Assembly (NCBI GenBank): GCA_964620965.1
Contig: CAZUHV010000002.1
Span: 48,863 to 112,862 of the forward strand
Source: an uncultured Pseudomonadales bacterium
GTDB taxonomy: Bacteria > Patescibacteriota > Microgenomatia > UBA1400 > PJMF01
Reading direction: 5' to 3'
Length of the DNA stretch: 64,000 nucleotides
Shown: one piece after another, positions 1 through 10,900 of the stretch
Numbering within the stretch: position 1 is the first letter of the stretch
How the letters are laid out: the number at the start of each line of letters is the position of its first letter
Position numbers and translations under genes: made by a program
The notes under the pieces: model-generated
What the model was told of the DNA's origin: nothing
The model's database searches: none
The model's input: the letters and a program-made list of their open reading frames with translations, nothing else

Positions 1-1
1 G

Positions 2-430
2 GTTTGTACCTATAGTTTTGTCCAAAACAATATGCAACTTTCTCGCGCATCAGTTCTGGGAGAAAACGACTCTATGGAAATTGACGACCTAGATTTTGAT
101 GATGCTGATTTAGAAAACTCACTAGAAGAGCTAGATTTATTTCTAGACTCAGAGCTAGAAGAAGATTTGGGTGACAATCTAGATACTGAAGAGCTAGATA
201 CTGAAGAACTGGAACTTGATCCAGAAATAGAATCAGAAATTACTGAGGTTGAAACAGACTTTGAGGTTTCAACAGCTCCTCAAACAACAAAAAAAGTGAC
301 TAAAATTCAGAAACTATTTTTTCTTGTACCAGTAGAAATAGAATCAGAAGAAACCGTTACCGACTCTGGAATAACTGTTGAAAAAAAACAAACTCTACTA
401 GGCAAACTTCTCGATTTATTTAGCTTTTGA
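2..430 (+). CDS. Acidic low-complexity hypothetical protein, probably 5'-truncated by the window edge
   Basis: Frame is open from position 2 into the 32..430 ORF; D/E-rich LDTEE repeats; C-terminal LLGKLLDLFSF. Confidence 0.6.
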   Translation, partial: VCTYSFVQNNMQLSRASVLGENDSMEIDDLDFDDADLENSLEELDLFLDSELEEDLGDNLDTEELDTEELELDPEIESEITEVETDFEVSTAPQTTKKVTKIQKLFFLVPVEIESEETVTDSGITVEKKQTLLGKLLDLFSF

Positions 431-444
431 TGTATACTGGTCTT

Positions 445-1038
445 ATGACTGAAAAATCACTTTCTCAAAAAATAGTTGGAAGACTAACCGCGTGGTATCT
501 TGAAGCAATAACAGGCTTTCTGTGGTGGTTTGTTGGAATGATACCCTCACACACCATACGAAAATGTTTCTATAAACTGTTTGGAATGCAACTAGGAAGC
601 GGTTCTACAATTCATATGATGGCAAGAATTTATGATCCTCGCAATATTGAAATTGGTACCGATACTCTCATTGGGGAACGAGCCACACTGGATGGAAGAA
701 AACAACTTCCAAATTCAACTGGAGGACTTACAATTGGAAATCACGTAGATATTGCCAGTGAAGTAATGATTTGGACAAGCCAACATGACGTTCATAGCCC
801 AACATTTTCTGCAATAGAAGAAAAAGTTACTATAGAAGACTATGTTTTTATTGGACCAAGATCTATCATCCTTCCAGGCATTACAGTTGGAAAAGGAGCA
901 ATTATTGCAGCTGGATCTGTTGTTACAAAAAATGTTGAACCTTTTACGATTGTTGCCGGTGTACCTGCAAAACAAATATCAGAACGAAAAGATACAAATC
1001 CTAGCTATAAATTAGGAAGAGCTCGATTATTTCAATAA
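445..1038 (+). CDS. Hexapeptide-repeat (LbH) sugar O-acyltransferase
   Basis: VTIEDYVFIGPRSIILPGITVGKGAIIAAGSVVTK..AGVPAK; ATG 445 chosen because TATACT lies 6 nt upstream. Confidence 0.88.
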   Translation: MTEKSLSQKIVGRLTAWYLEAITGFLWWFVGMIPSHTIRKCFYKLFGMQLGSGSTIHMMARIYDPRNIEIGTDTLIGERATLDGRKQLPNSTGGLTIGNHVDIASEVMIWTSQHDVHSPTFSAIEEKVTIEDYVFIGPRSIILPGITVGKGAIIAAGSVVTKNVEPFTIVAGVPAKQISERKDTNPSYKLGRARLFQ

Positions 1039-1056
1039 TTGAGTAAATAACTCGCT

Positions 1057-2028
1057 ATGTTACTGTCAGTAATTATTGTTTCTTATAACACCAAAGACCT
1101 AACCCTAGAAACAATCCATTCTGTTATTGAAACAACCAAAGGTTCAAAACTTCTGAAGAATAATTTAGAAATTATTGTTGTTGATAATGCTTCTAAAGAT
1201 GATTCTGTTGCAGCACTTAAAAAACTAAAAAGAAAAATTGGCACTCCACTTTCAATTATTGAAAGTAACTCTAACTTAGGATTTGGAAAAGCAAATAATC
1301 TTGGACTTGAACAAGCAAAAGGAGAGTATTACCTTTTTCTGAACTCTGACACAATTGTGCAAGAACTTGCATTAGATAATATGGTTCAGAGATTTTTAGA
1401 TGATGAAAAAGCTGTGGATGAAAACCTAGAGAGACTTGGAATACTTACTCCTATTCTCCTTAATATTGACTCAACATATCAACCACAAGGAGGATCATTT
1501 CCTTCACTGAGCTCGTTATTTTTTCATATGACAATGCTTGATGACCTTCCAATTATTGGTAAATATTTTCCGTCTACACAACAAACAGGCAAAGCAAGCC
1601 GTTTGAATTTAAATCTATTAGAACACTATACCCAACTCGTTCCCCTTGATTGGGTTGCTGGAACAGCAATGATGATTTCAAAAAAAGGTATTGAGTCATT
1701 TGGAGGATTTGATCCAAATATCTTTATGTATGCAGAAGACATTGAGATCTGCATGAGAGCAAAAAACCATCACTACACAGTTGCATTAGACCCAACTGCA
1801 AGAATTATTCATATACAAAATGCGAGCTCAACTTCAGAAAATGCAGTACGAGGAGAATACAAAGGCTACCTCTATATATTTTCAAAACATTTTTCAAATC
1901 TACAAACTACTATTGCTAAAATGCTTTTGCAGTATGGAGCCCTAATCAGAATATTTGTGTTCAGTATGCTTGCTCCAAATAAAGAAAAAGTAGCTATTTA
2001 TAAAAACGTTTTAAAAGACCTTTCTTAG
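1057..2028 (+). CDS. Glycosyltransferase family 2 (WbbL-like)
   Basis: SVIIVSYNT, VVDNASKDDS, NLGFGKANN, FLNSD, FMYAED. Confidence 0.9.
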   Translation: MLLSVIIVSYNTKDLTLETIHSVIETTKGSKLLKNNLEIIVVDNASKDDSVAALKKLKRKIGTPLSIIESNSNLGFGKANNLGLEQAKGEYYLFLNSDTIVQELALDNMVQRFLDDEKAVDENLERLGILTPILLNIDSTYQPQGGSFPSLSSLFFHMTMLDDLPIIGKYFPSTQQTGKASRLNLNLLEHYTQLVPLDWVAGTAMMISKKGIESFGGFDPNIFMYAEDIEICMRAKNHHYTVALDPTARIIHIQNASSTSENAVRGEYKGYLYIFSKHFSNLQTTIAKMLLQYGALIRIFVFSMLAPNKEKVAIYKNVLKDLS

Positions 2029-2071
2029 AGCAAACTTGATAAAAATAGGGTATACTTAGAATTAGTTTCTA

Positions 2072-3781
2072 ATGGGAAAAAAAATAAAATCTATCAACTG
2101 GCTTACTTTCTTAGAACAACACATGCTCATCATATTGAGCTCATTTTTGTTAGCTTTTATTCCACTATACCCAAAGCTTCCATTATTTGACCTTATTGAA
2201 GGATACATCGTAAGAGTACGACTAGAAGATTTTTTAATTGTATTTGCTATGGGTATTTACTTTTTGCAGGTACTTAAAAAGAAAATCAGTATCGAAACAC
2301 CTTTAACAAAAATTATATTTGCATATTCCATAATTGGCTTTTTATCTGTAATTTCTGGAATTTTTATTACTCATACCATTCCAACAACACAAGTTCATTT
2401 ACTTAAAAGCTTTTTACATTTCTTAAGATACATAGAATACTTTTCTCTATTTTTTTTACTGTATGCTGCAATTAAATCAAAAAGAGACGTACAAATCGCT
2501 TCTGCTGTAATTGTTGTCACAATGTTATTGGTTGGAATATATGGATTAGGACAAAAATATCTGTACTGGCCAGTGTATTCAACGATGAATAGAGAGTTTA
2601 GTAAAGGAATTGTGCTCTATCTTACAGAACATGCAAGGGTTCAATCAACCTTTGCCGGACACTATGACATGGCAGCGTATTTAGTCATCGTTTTACCTCT
2701 GGTTTTAGCATTTTTATTTCAAAAAAATCTCAAAAGAATCACCAGAGTTTTTTTGTGGAGTTCATATGTTCTTGGGCTTTTAATGATGATGCTGAGTGCT
2801 TCAAGAACTTCGTTGGCAGGATTGGTATTTGGATTGTTCCTGACAATCTTGATCTCTGCTTTGCTAAAACAAACTAATTCGGAAAAAATTGGGTTCTTTT
2901 TTAAACAATCAATTGTAAATGGACTCATTTTTACGGTACTGTTTACATTTTTTGGAAGTAACATGGCAGAACGTTTACTCCAAGTTGTCGAAAAATATCC
3001 ACAGGTAGAAACAATAAAAACTGGAATTGAAAACACAAAAATAGCGCTCCTTAATGGAATTCAAATTAATAACTATCTTTCTTTTGAGGTTGAAAAACCA
3101 GAGAATGGCATCTCCACAGATCAAGCAGCAGTCTTGGTTTCTTCGGATACACGACCAACTCCTGTCAAACCAAGTGATGTATATGTTGACGTGCCAGATC
3201 AAGTAAAAGTTGCAACCATTTCTGCAACAGGAGAAAAAACCTTTGTTGTGATAGAAGTGCCAAGAACGTATTCAGATAATGCACTCAAACACGGACTTTC
3301 GATGGCCATTAGACTAGACACACTTTGGCCACAAGCACTAGCTGGATTTTATAAAAATCCTCTTTTAGGCACAGGATACGCAACACTAACTAAGTCCCAA
3401 GTTGATGAATTTACAGAAGCCGACTCAACAGATAATAACTTCTTAAGAACACTCGGTGAAACTGGCTTATTAGGCGTGATTACCTTCTATGGTTCTATTG
3501 TTATTGCACTTTTGGCAAGTAAAAAAATACTCACAAGTAAACTTGAAGAAGATCGATTCAAAAAACTATTTGCCATTGGATACATTGGAGCAACTGTAGG
3601 ATTACTTATCAATGCAACTTTTATAGATGTATTTGCTGCTTCAAAGGTTGCATACACATATTGGGCTGTCACAGGAATACTTTTAGCTTATGCAAATATT
3701 AAAACTACACCCGCTGTAAAAACTGAAAAAATGGCTAACAAAAGAAAACGTAAAAAAGGTACTCAATTTAAAAACACATGA
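2072..3781 (+). CDS. O-antigen ligase/Wzy_C-like polytopic membrane protein
   Basis: Many TM helices; RVQSTF, SASRTS, NPLLGTG, DNNFLRTLGETGLLG. Confidence 0.8.
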   Translation: MGKKIKSINWLTFLEQHMLIILSSFLLAFIPLYPKLPLFDLIEGYIVRVRLEDFLIVFAMGIYFLQVLKKKISIETPLTKIIFAYSIIGFLSVISGIFITHTIPTTQVHLLKSFLHFLRYIEYFSLFFLLYAAIKSKRDVQIASAVIVVTMLLVGIYGLGQKYLYWPVYSTMNREFSKGIVLYLTEHARVQSTFAGHYDMAAYLVIVLPLVLAFLFQKNLKRITRVFLWSSYVLGLLMMMLSASRTSLAGLVFGLFLTILISALLKQTNSEKIGFFFKQSIVNGLIFTVLFTFFGSNMAERLLQVVEKYPQVETIKTGIENTKIALLNGIQINNYLSFEVEKPENGISTDQAAVLVSSDTRPTPVKPSDVYVDVPDQVKVATISATGEKTFVVIEVPRTYSDNALKHGLSMAIRLDTLWPQALAGFYKNPLLGTGYATLTKSQVDEFTEADSTDNNFLRTLGETGLLGVITFYGSIVIALLASKKILTSKLEEDRFKKLFAIGYIGATVGLLINATFIDVFAASKVAYTYWAVTGILLAYANIKTTPAVKTEKMANKRKRKKGTQFKNT

Positions 3782-5217
3782 AAAATATTTTAAAAAAATA
3801 TCCACTCCTTATTGTTTTAGCAGTTTTTGCATTCACACTCAGACTCTATAAAGTAAATACCCCGTTACTTGACTGGCACAGCTGGAGACAAGCCGATACT
3901 GCTTCTGTCACAAGAGAGTACACAAAAAAAGCACTTAATCCTTTGACCCCAACATATCATGATTTATCTAATATCCCTTCAGGAATGGATAACCCAAATG
4001 GCTATAGAATGGTGGAATTTCCTTTTTATAACATATTGGTTGCTGCAATACTCAAAGCTATTCCAGCACTCCCATTGGTACCAACAAGTAGAATTGTTTC
4101 AGCTCTTTTTTCTATTGGAACGCTTTTTTGTTTGTTTTTTCTTGCTAGAAGTTACTATGGTAAAAAAGTTGGGTACCTTACTGCGTTCTTTTTCGCAGTA
4201 TTGCCATATTCAGTGTATTATTCTAGGGTAATTTTGCCAGAGCCTATTATGGTTTTTTTCTCAACACTTTCTATTACTGCGTTTAGATTCTATATTAAAA
4301 AACCATCTGCTAAAACTTATTGGACTTCACTCATCTCACTCATGCTTGCGCTACTGCTCAAGCCATTTGTTGCATTTTTAATTCCTGTATATGCAGTTAT
4401 CTTATTCGAAGAAAGGAAATTAAAAGCTGTTCTCACAGATATAAGACTGTATGCATATGCAGTATTGGCAGTTATTCCTTTTATGCTTTGGAGATACTGG
4501 ATAGCAAAGTTCCCAGAGGGAATTCCTGCTTCTGACTGGCTTTTAAATGGAAACGGAATTCGCTTCAGACCAGCTTGGTTTAGGTGGTTGGGGTATGAAA
4601 GAATTACAAAACTAATTCTTGGATATGTTGGCGTCATTTTTCTACCAATTAGCGTTATAAATCAACTAAAGAATAAAAAACTACTCATACCTGCATGGTG
4701 GCTTGGTATTGGTGTTTACTTTGCAGTAATTGCAACTGGAAACGTTCAACATGACTACTATCAAGCAATTACAACCCCAATTATTGCACTCACACTTGGA
4801 CATGCAGTGCTTGTGTTGGATAACTTTATTACAAAGAAAACGAATGCGCTTGTTTCTATTGCAGTTGTTGGAACTCTGATTATTGCTATGCTTACTTTGT
4901 CGTATAACCAAGTAAAAGGCTATTATAATATTAACCATTCAGAATATGAAAAGGCTGGAAAAGCAGCAGATGAATTGCTACCAAAAGATGCAAAAGTAAT
5001 TGCTCCACAATATGGAGGAGACACAGCATATCTCTATCAAATTAACAGAAGTGGATGGCCACTTGGATACGATATAGATAAAAAAATTGAAATGGGAGCA
5101 ACATACTATGTTTCAACATCATATGATGAAGAAGCAAAAGAACTAGAAGAGAAATACATGATAGTAGAAAAAACAAATGACTTTATCATCATTGATCTAA
5201 CTAAAACTAGAGAATAA
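3778..5217 (+). CDS. GT-C fold glycosyltransferase (ArnT/PMT-like)
   Basis: Multi-TM; WRQADT, EFPFY, YYSRVILPEP. Confidence 0.8.
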   Translation: MKNILKKYPLLIVLAVFAFTLRLYKVNTPLLDWHSWRQADTASVTREYTKKALNPLTPTYHDLSNIPSGMDNPNGYRMVEFPFYNILVAAILKAIPALPLVPTSRIVSALFSIGTLFCLFFLARSYYGKKVGYLTAFFFAVLPYSVYYSRVILPEPIMVFFSTLSITAFRFYIKKPSAKTYWTSLISLMLALLLKPFVAFLIPVYAVILFEERKLKAVLTDIRLYAYAVLAVIPFMLWRYWIAKFPEGIPASDWLLNGNGIRFRPAWFRWLGYERITKLILGYVGVIFLPISVINQLKNKKLLIPAWWLGIGVYFAVIATGNVQHDYYQAITTPIIALTLGHAVLVLDNFITKKTNALVSIAVVGTLIIAMLTLSYNQVKGYYNINHSEYEKAGKAADELLPKDAKVIAPQYGGDTAYLYQINRSGWPLGYDIDKKIEMGATYYVSTSYDEEAKELEEKYMIVEKTNDFIIIDLTKTRE

Positions 5218-5222
5218 CTTGT

Positions 5223-6416
5223 ATGAAAATTTTAATGCTTACCCCATATTTACCATATCCGTTACTTTCTGGTGGACAGATAAGAACATACAACTTGCTT
5301 AAAAAATTAGCAAATAAACATGAAGTCACTCTTTTTTCATTGATAAAAAGCGAAGAAGAAAAAGAATATATTCCAGAATTAAAAAAATACTGCTCAAAAG
5401 TACGAGTTTTTAAGCGTTCCGAAAAGCCATTTACTCTAAAAAATATTTTCAAAACAGCTTTTTCATCTTATCCATTCTTGGTTATTAGAAACCACGCTCC
5501 ACAAATCATTAGTGCTGTAGAAACAGAACTTCAGTCGGAAAAATATGACTTAATTCATGCCGAGACCTTTTACATGATGCCTCATATTCCAAAAACAAAC
5601 ATTCCAACTATTCTTGTTGAGCAAACAATTGAGTATTTGGGTTATGAAAGTTATGCTAAAAAAACTCCATTTTTCCTCAGACCTATACTGAACATAGATA
5701 TTGAAAAAATTAGAAGGTGGGAAAAATTTTACTGGAACGCCTGCGATACACTCATTGTTATGAGCGAGGAAGACAAAAAATACATCGGAAAAGAAATTGG
5801 TGATTCAAAAAAAATTGAAGTTGTTGCAAATGGGGTAGATACTAGCTGGTTTGAAGAAATTAAGAAAAAAGTAACAAAAGTTCCAACTATACTCTCTGTA
5901 GGCACTTTTAAGTGGCTCCCAAATGTTGAAGCAGTAAAATTCTTAGTTACGAAAGTGTGGCCACTTGTGAAAAAAGAGTTACCAAATGTGCAACTAAAAA
6001 TTGTTGGAAATGCACCAACCGAAGATGTCTATAAATACGAAAAAGATGATTCTACAATTACTGTTATCGGCAGAATTCCAGATATCAGAGATGCATTTGC
6101 AACATCAGATGTTTTAATGGCCCCAGTATTTAGCGGCAAAGGGACAAGATACAAAGTTTTAGAAGCTATGGCTTCTGGAACACCAATTGTTGCTACAACA
6201 ACTGCTGTGGAAGGTTTGGAAGTCGAAAATGGAGTTCATGTCATGACTAGCAATACCCCAGAAGGAATGGCAAAACTTGCTGTTGAGCTTCTGAACGACC
6301 AAGAAAAAAGAAAAAAAATGGCAATAAATGGCAAAAAATTTGTTAAAGAAAATTATGACTGGTCACTTATTTCGCACAAACTTGATATGATCTACCAAAG
6401 AATTGGAAGTAAATAA
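5223..6416 (+). CDS. Glycosyltransferase family 4
   Basis: PYPLLSGGQIR, VVANGVD, GTRYKVLEAMASGTPIV. Confidence 0.9.
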   Translation: MKILMLTPYLPYPLLSGGQIRTYNLLKKLANKHEVTLFSLIKSEEEKEYIPELKKYCSKVRVFKRSEKPFTLKNIFKTAFSSYPFLVIRNHAPQIISAVETELQSEKYDLIHAETFYMMPHIPKTNIPTILVEQTIEYLGYESYAKKTPFFLRPILNIDIEKIRRWEKFYWNACDTLIVMSEEDKKYIGKEIGDSKKIEVVANGVDTSWFEEIKKKVTKVPTILSVGTFKWLPNVEAVKFLVTKVWPLVKKELPNVQLKIVGNAPTEDVYKYEKDDSTITVIGRIPDIRDAFATSDVLMAPVFSGKGTRYKVLEAMASGTPIVATTTAVEGLEVENGVHVMTSNTPEGMAKLAVELLNDQEKRKKMAINGKKFVKENYDWSLISHKLDMIYQRIGSK

Positions 6417-6430
6417 AAGGTACCTAAACT

Positions 6431-7312
6431 ATGGCAAAAACAAAGCACCCCGATTTAGAAATTATTATTGTTAACTATAACAGTCAATTCTGGCTCAAGA
6501 AAACACTCTCTACATTAAAAGAGTTCTACTTAGACAAAACAAAGAAGTTTGTTGTTACAACTGTGGTTGATAATGCCTCAGAGGATGACTCTCTTAAAAT
6601 GATTGGAAGGGAGTTTCGTTGGGTTAACGTTATAAAACTGAAAGAAAATTTTGGCTTTGCTGTGGCAAATAACGCAGCACTTAGAGAAACAAAAGCAAAG
6701 TATGTTATGTTACTTAATTCTGATGTTGAGTTTACAGAAAAATCAAACCTTGATATTTTACTTCGGTTTTTAGATGATAAACCAAAAGTTGGTGTTATTA
6801 CTCCTAGAATTGAGTTTACTAACGGAGAAATAGACCCTGCGTGTCATAGGGGAGAACCAACAATTTGGGCCTCATTTACATACATGAGTGGACTAGAAAA
6901 TCTCTTGCCAACTAGTAAATGGTTTGCTGGGTATCATCAAACATATAAAAATTTCAGAAATATTCATACTATCGATGCATGTTCTGGTGCTGCAATGATA
7001 GTTCGAGGAGAACTTTTGGAAGACGTTGGACTTTTAGATGAACGCTTTTTTATGTATGCAGAAGATCTTGATTGGTGTAAAAGATTTCGAGAAGCTGGTA
7101 ATTTAGTTGTATATAACCCAGAAGTAATAGTCATCCACCACAAATATAAATCTGGCATTAAAAATACCTCTCAATCAATAGCAAGAAAAACTCGTAAGCA
7201 TTTTTACGACACCATGCTACAATACTATGACAAACACTACTTGGAAAGTTATCCAAGATTTGTTAGAAACATTATTAAGTACATTTTAGTAATAAAAAAA
7301 GGAGCACTATGA
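6431..7312 (+). CDS. Glycosyltransferase family 2
   Basis: IIIVNYNS, VDNASEDDS, LLNSD, DERFFMYAEDLDWC. Confidence 0.9.
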   Translation: MAKTKHPDLEIIIVNYNSQFWLKKTLSTLKEFYLDKTKKFVVTTVVDNASEDDSLKMIGREFRWVNVIKLKENFGFAVANNAALRETKAKYVMLLNSDVEFTEKSNLDILLRFLDDKPKVGVITPRIEFTNGEIDPACHRGEPTIWASFTYMSGLENLLPTSKWFAGYHQTYKNFRNIHTIDACSGAAMIVRGELLEDVGLLDERFFMYAEDLDWCKRFREAGNLVVYNPEVIVIHHKYKSGIKNTSQSIARKTRKHFYDTMLQYYDKHYLESYPRFVRNIIKYILVIKKGAL

Positions 7313-7791
7313 ACTACCTTACTGAATTTAAAATTCAGCAACTTCGTACAAAAAATTTAACTGCTGCAGTTGAAACAGTAGCTATAACAATGGGAGCTGT
7401 AATGATCAACATGTTGGTCCCACAACTCTTACTTAAATATGTCTACACTGATCCAACAGCATTTGGTTTAGAAGCACCTGCAGTTTTCACATACCTTCCT
7501 TTAGTAACATATGCAGTTGCGCTTGGTTACTTCTTCTATGCAATGGTTGGAAACTTTGTTAGATGTAGAAAAGCAAACGCTTTAGAACAAGAATTTATTC
7601 TTACTGGCGGTTCTTGTGGTGACGGTTGTTGTGGAGATGGCTGTTGTTCTACTGAATCTCAAGATGAAGAAATCAGCGAAGATGAGTTAAAAGAACTCGA
7701 AAGAATCGTTGACGAAGCATTAAAACCATCAAAAAAATCAACAAAAGCTACTGCTAAAAAAACAGCAAAGAAGAAGACAGCTAAGAAATAA
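7309..7791 (+). CDS. Hypothetical membrane protein with Cys cluster and Lys/Ala-rich tail
   Basis: Two hydrophobic segments; GGSCGDGCCGDGCC; KKTAKKKTAKK; AGGAG RBS. Confidence 0.75.
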   Translation: MNYLTEFKIQQLRTKNLTAAVETVAITMGAVMINMLVPQLLLKYVYTDPTAFGLEAPAVFTYLPLVTYAVALGYFFYAMVGNFVRCRKANALEQEFILTGGSCGDGCCGDGCCSTESQDEEISEDELKELERIVDEALKPSKKSTKATAKKTAKKKTAKK

Positions 7792-7815
7792 TTTTGTAAA
7801 ATTTAGCATAAAAGT

Positions 7816-7852
7816 AAAAAACCGCCAGTTTTTAAAGCTGACGGTTTTTTTT
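7816..7852. terminator. Bidirectional intrinsic terminator
   Basis: AAAAACCGCCAG-tttttaaag-CTGACGGTTTTTTT between convergent genes. Confidence 0.8.
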
Positions 7853-7913
7853 GCTCATTTTACAATTTGTTGTGGATTTGGGCAGGCATTCTGCGTAAGC
7901 CACAACTCATATT

Positions 7914-7931
7914 TTAACAATTAAACGATTT
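7914..7931. repeat. Left arm of an 18-bp perfect inverted repeat (partner 11053-11070)
   Basis: TTAACAATTAAACGATTT is the reverse complement of AAATCGTTTAATTGTTAA. Confidence 0.85.
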
Positions 7932-7948
7932 AATTTTGATTCATTTTT

Positions 7949-10900
7949 TTATTGGCAACTACTCGGATAGACATAAATGTTATTCGAGTGTGCATAGTAG
8001 GGCGTATTCAGCGCCGTTACCCATATTTCGTACTGAAGACTACAATCCAAACCAGTCACTGTGTACGTTTCAGTATTTGCAGGCAAGTACACAAAGAAAG
8101 TATCGGCAGATGTAGTGGCTTTGTAGCCGAGCCGATACTCTAGTTCAATGTTTGAATTATCATTCCACACTACCGAAATAGAGGTTGTCGTTGAGGAAGT
8201 CTTATGAAGATCTGTTGGGGCATTAGGGGTTGGACCTTCAACTGGATCACAGGCGTTTGTGTTTGCACTTATAAAGTTGCTTTCCGAGTAATACAGATTG
8301 CCGTTATCCCAGTTTATCACGCGCACTACAAAATTGTATTGTGTTTCGCACTCTAAACCAGAAACTGTGTAGCTCTCAGTATTCGCAGCAACTGTGGGAT
8401 TAAACCATTCCCCACCATCTGCTTGATACCAGACTTCAAAATTATCCTCAATCGTGGAGTTATCGTCCCACGCGACGGTAATTGAGTTTTGGCCTACAGT
8501 TGTTACATGAAGGCCTGAGGGAGCGTTGGGAGTTGGGCCTTCTTGAGGAGGCGGCGAGCCACCAGGTTTTACTACCAAAGGGAGATATATTGCACCATCC
8601 CAAACAGGTTCAACATAACAACTTGGTGTAGAAACCGCAACCAAGTTTGGTGTAGCAGAGTCACCCCAGTTGTTGAAGGCCTTCACCAAGTAATGATAGT
8701 CTGTTCCACAAGGAAGGTCATTGAAAGTCCATGACGTTGTATAGCGGCTATTGATAGTCGCAACCAACGCATAGAAATCATCATCCACATGTTCGTAGAT
8801 ATGATACCCTTGCGTAGAACTATCTGTGCTTTGTTCCCACTCCACAGTGATTGACTGGTTGTCATTTTCCTCTGCCGACATGACAAATTGGCCTAAGGCC
8901 AAGTTGCCATTGTTATTTGAATACCCCCATGCGCTTTGTGGCATTTCGGGGGAGCCATCACAGTATTCGTTGTCGAACACTGCGAATGAGGAAATAACAG
9001 AATCGCCTTCGCCAACACTGATTGAAACACCGTTATTCAAGGCGTCATTTCTAAAGGTTGTCATGCTTGTTGAAAAACATTTATCTCCACCCTGATAGTT
9101 AGCGTGTTCCCAAACCTTAATTGACCAACCTGCCTTAATCCGCAAACTGGAAATTTGATCATTCCAGTTTGTTCCACACCAATTTGTTAAATCAGCGGCA
9201 GATGTTGGACCATGTCCACCGCAATTGGAAAACTGCACGCCTTCGTCTTGGTAGACAATGTAGTCATGAGTCTCAATAAGGGGATCTTGGCAAAGATCAA
9301 AGTTAAACACTTCTAGACCAACAATCTGATACGGCCAGCCAGCCGCATTTAGATTAGGCACGCTGCGATTAAAGCAGAATGCCTGATTGACGCTTTGCCG
9401 TTTGTCAATTCGGTACAAAACTACTGAGCTACCCGTTTTCAAACTCAGACTACCAGCATAGAAATACTGGTGGTCGTGAAAACCAGTGTAGTAGCTTGGA
9501 CCAGAGCCTTGATATCCAGTCCCGCTAAAGAATTGAACGTTAGGTGGTTGGGTTGGATTGGGTGGATCAGTAGGACAGACATCCCTGTTATACACGAAAA
9601 CTGACTGAATTTTCGTCTGCCAGTCATTGTGATCTTGTAGGTTAGGAACATTTGAGTTCCAACATTCACTCATACCCTGCATGTTGTCATCACGATAAGT
9701 GATAACCGACCAACCATTGGGGATCTGCATACTATAGCCTTCAGCATTTGGCTCGTTGTCGAGCCCTACATCAAAGGTATATAGCATCGCACCTTCATAG
9801 TTAGGGTATTGGAAGAGCTTAACAGCTCCACCACTACCAGTTTGAGGACCAGGAGGAAGAGGTTGTGTATCTGGAGAAGGCGGCGTATCAGGTGAATTTG
9901 TCGGGCAACTCCCAGCAATTATTTTTACACTCCCAACAAAATTAGCAATGCTAAAATGTGTCCCTGGGTAGAAATCTTTGTTCATATCCCACAGGTCACC
10001 AGAATAACAGGCAGACATTGTTGGAGGTGATTGTGGATTGTAAATAATCACACTATAACCTGGTTGTATGTCCAACGAATACGGGGTAAAATTACCAATA
10101 TTAATTTCTTGGCCGACTTGATTAGTCAACCAAATATTACCATTGCAATGTGTTTGGTCAAACAGACGCAAAAGCTCACTACTATGGTTGACTGATGAGT
10201 TATCTATACAATTCGAGTACGATGAAGGGTCAATGGTTCTGTAAATCCATGATTTGTAATTTGGGACATTTTGAAAACCCATTGTTTCCACATATCCACA
10301 GAAAGGAGTGCTTCCTGTAGAAATAATGGCTCCTAAAATGGTTTGACCATTTTTCACATATACAAGTGGACCACCACTGTCACCCGGACAAGTTGACCTC
10401 CCACTAATAACGGCTGCAACAAATTTATCTTGATTTTCGCTTTGAGTTAAATTATTGAAACTTATCTCAAGCAAATCATTTGATGTCTGAATCAGACCGA
10501 TATTGCCGTAACCCATTGCAACAAATTGTTCATGATTATCAATGTAAGTTGAAATATCGTCTGGCGTGCCAATTTGTATTGGTGGTCTTGAAGAAGGTCT
10601 AGATAACTTCCATAAAGCTAAATCAGTTTCCCCGGGGTTTAAATCTCCACCACTAAATGTAATTGGTTCACCATTTAGTTGAATTCTTTCAACATTTCCA
10701 TTCCAAATATGATCTCCACCAATTATGGCTGTATATACGGCATCACTACCATATGTGTAAAAGGCACCACCTGAAGTTGATCTCCAACAATGATGTGCTG
10801 TTAAAATCCAATCAGGATGAATTAAAACTCCGCCACAGAATTTATCATTTGTATAAGATTCATTTGTAGCAGTTAATTCAACCATCCAAGGATACTTACC

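Noticed and set aside
120-220. CRISPR-like or tandem DNA repeats (GAGCTAGA)
   Set aside because: Codon-level repeats of an acidic peptide with no spacers; no CRISPR array or cas gene is seen anywhere in the window
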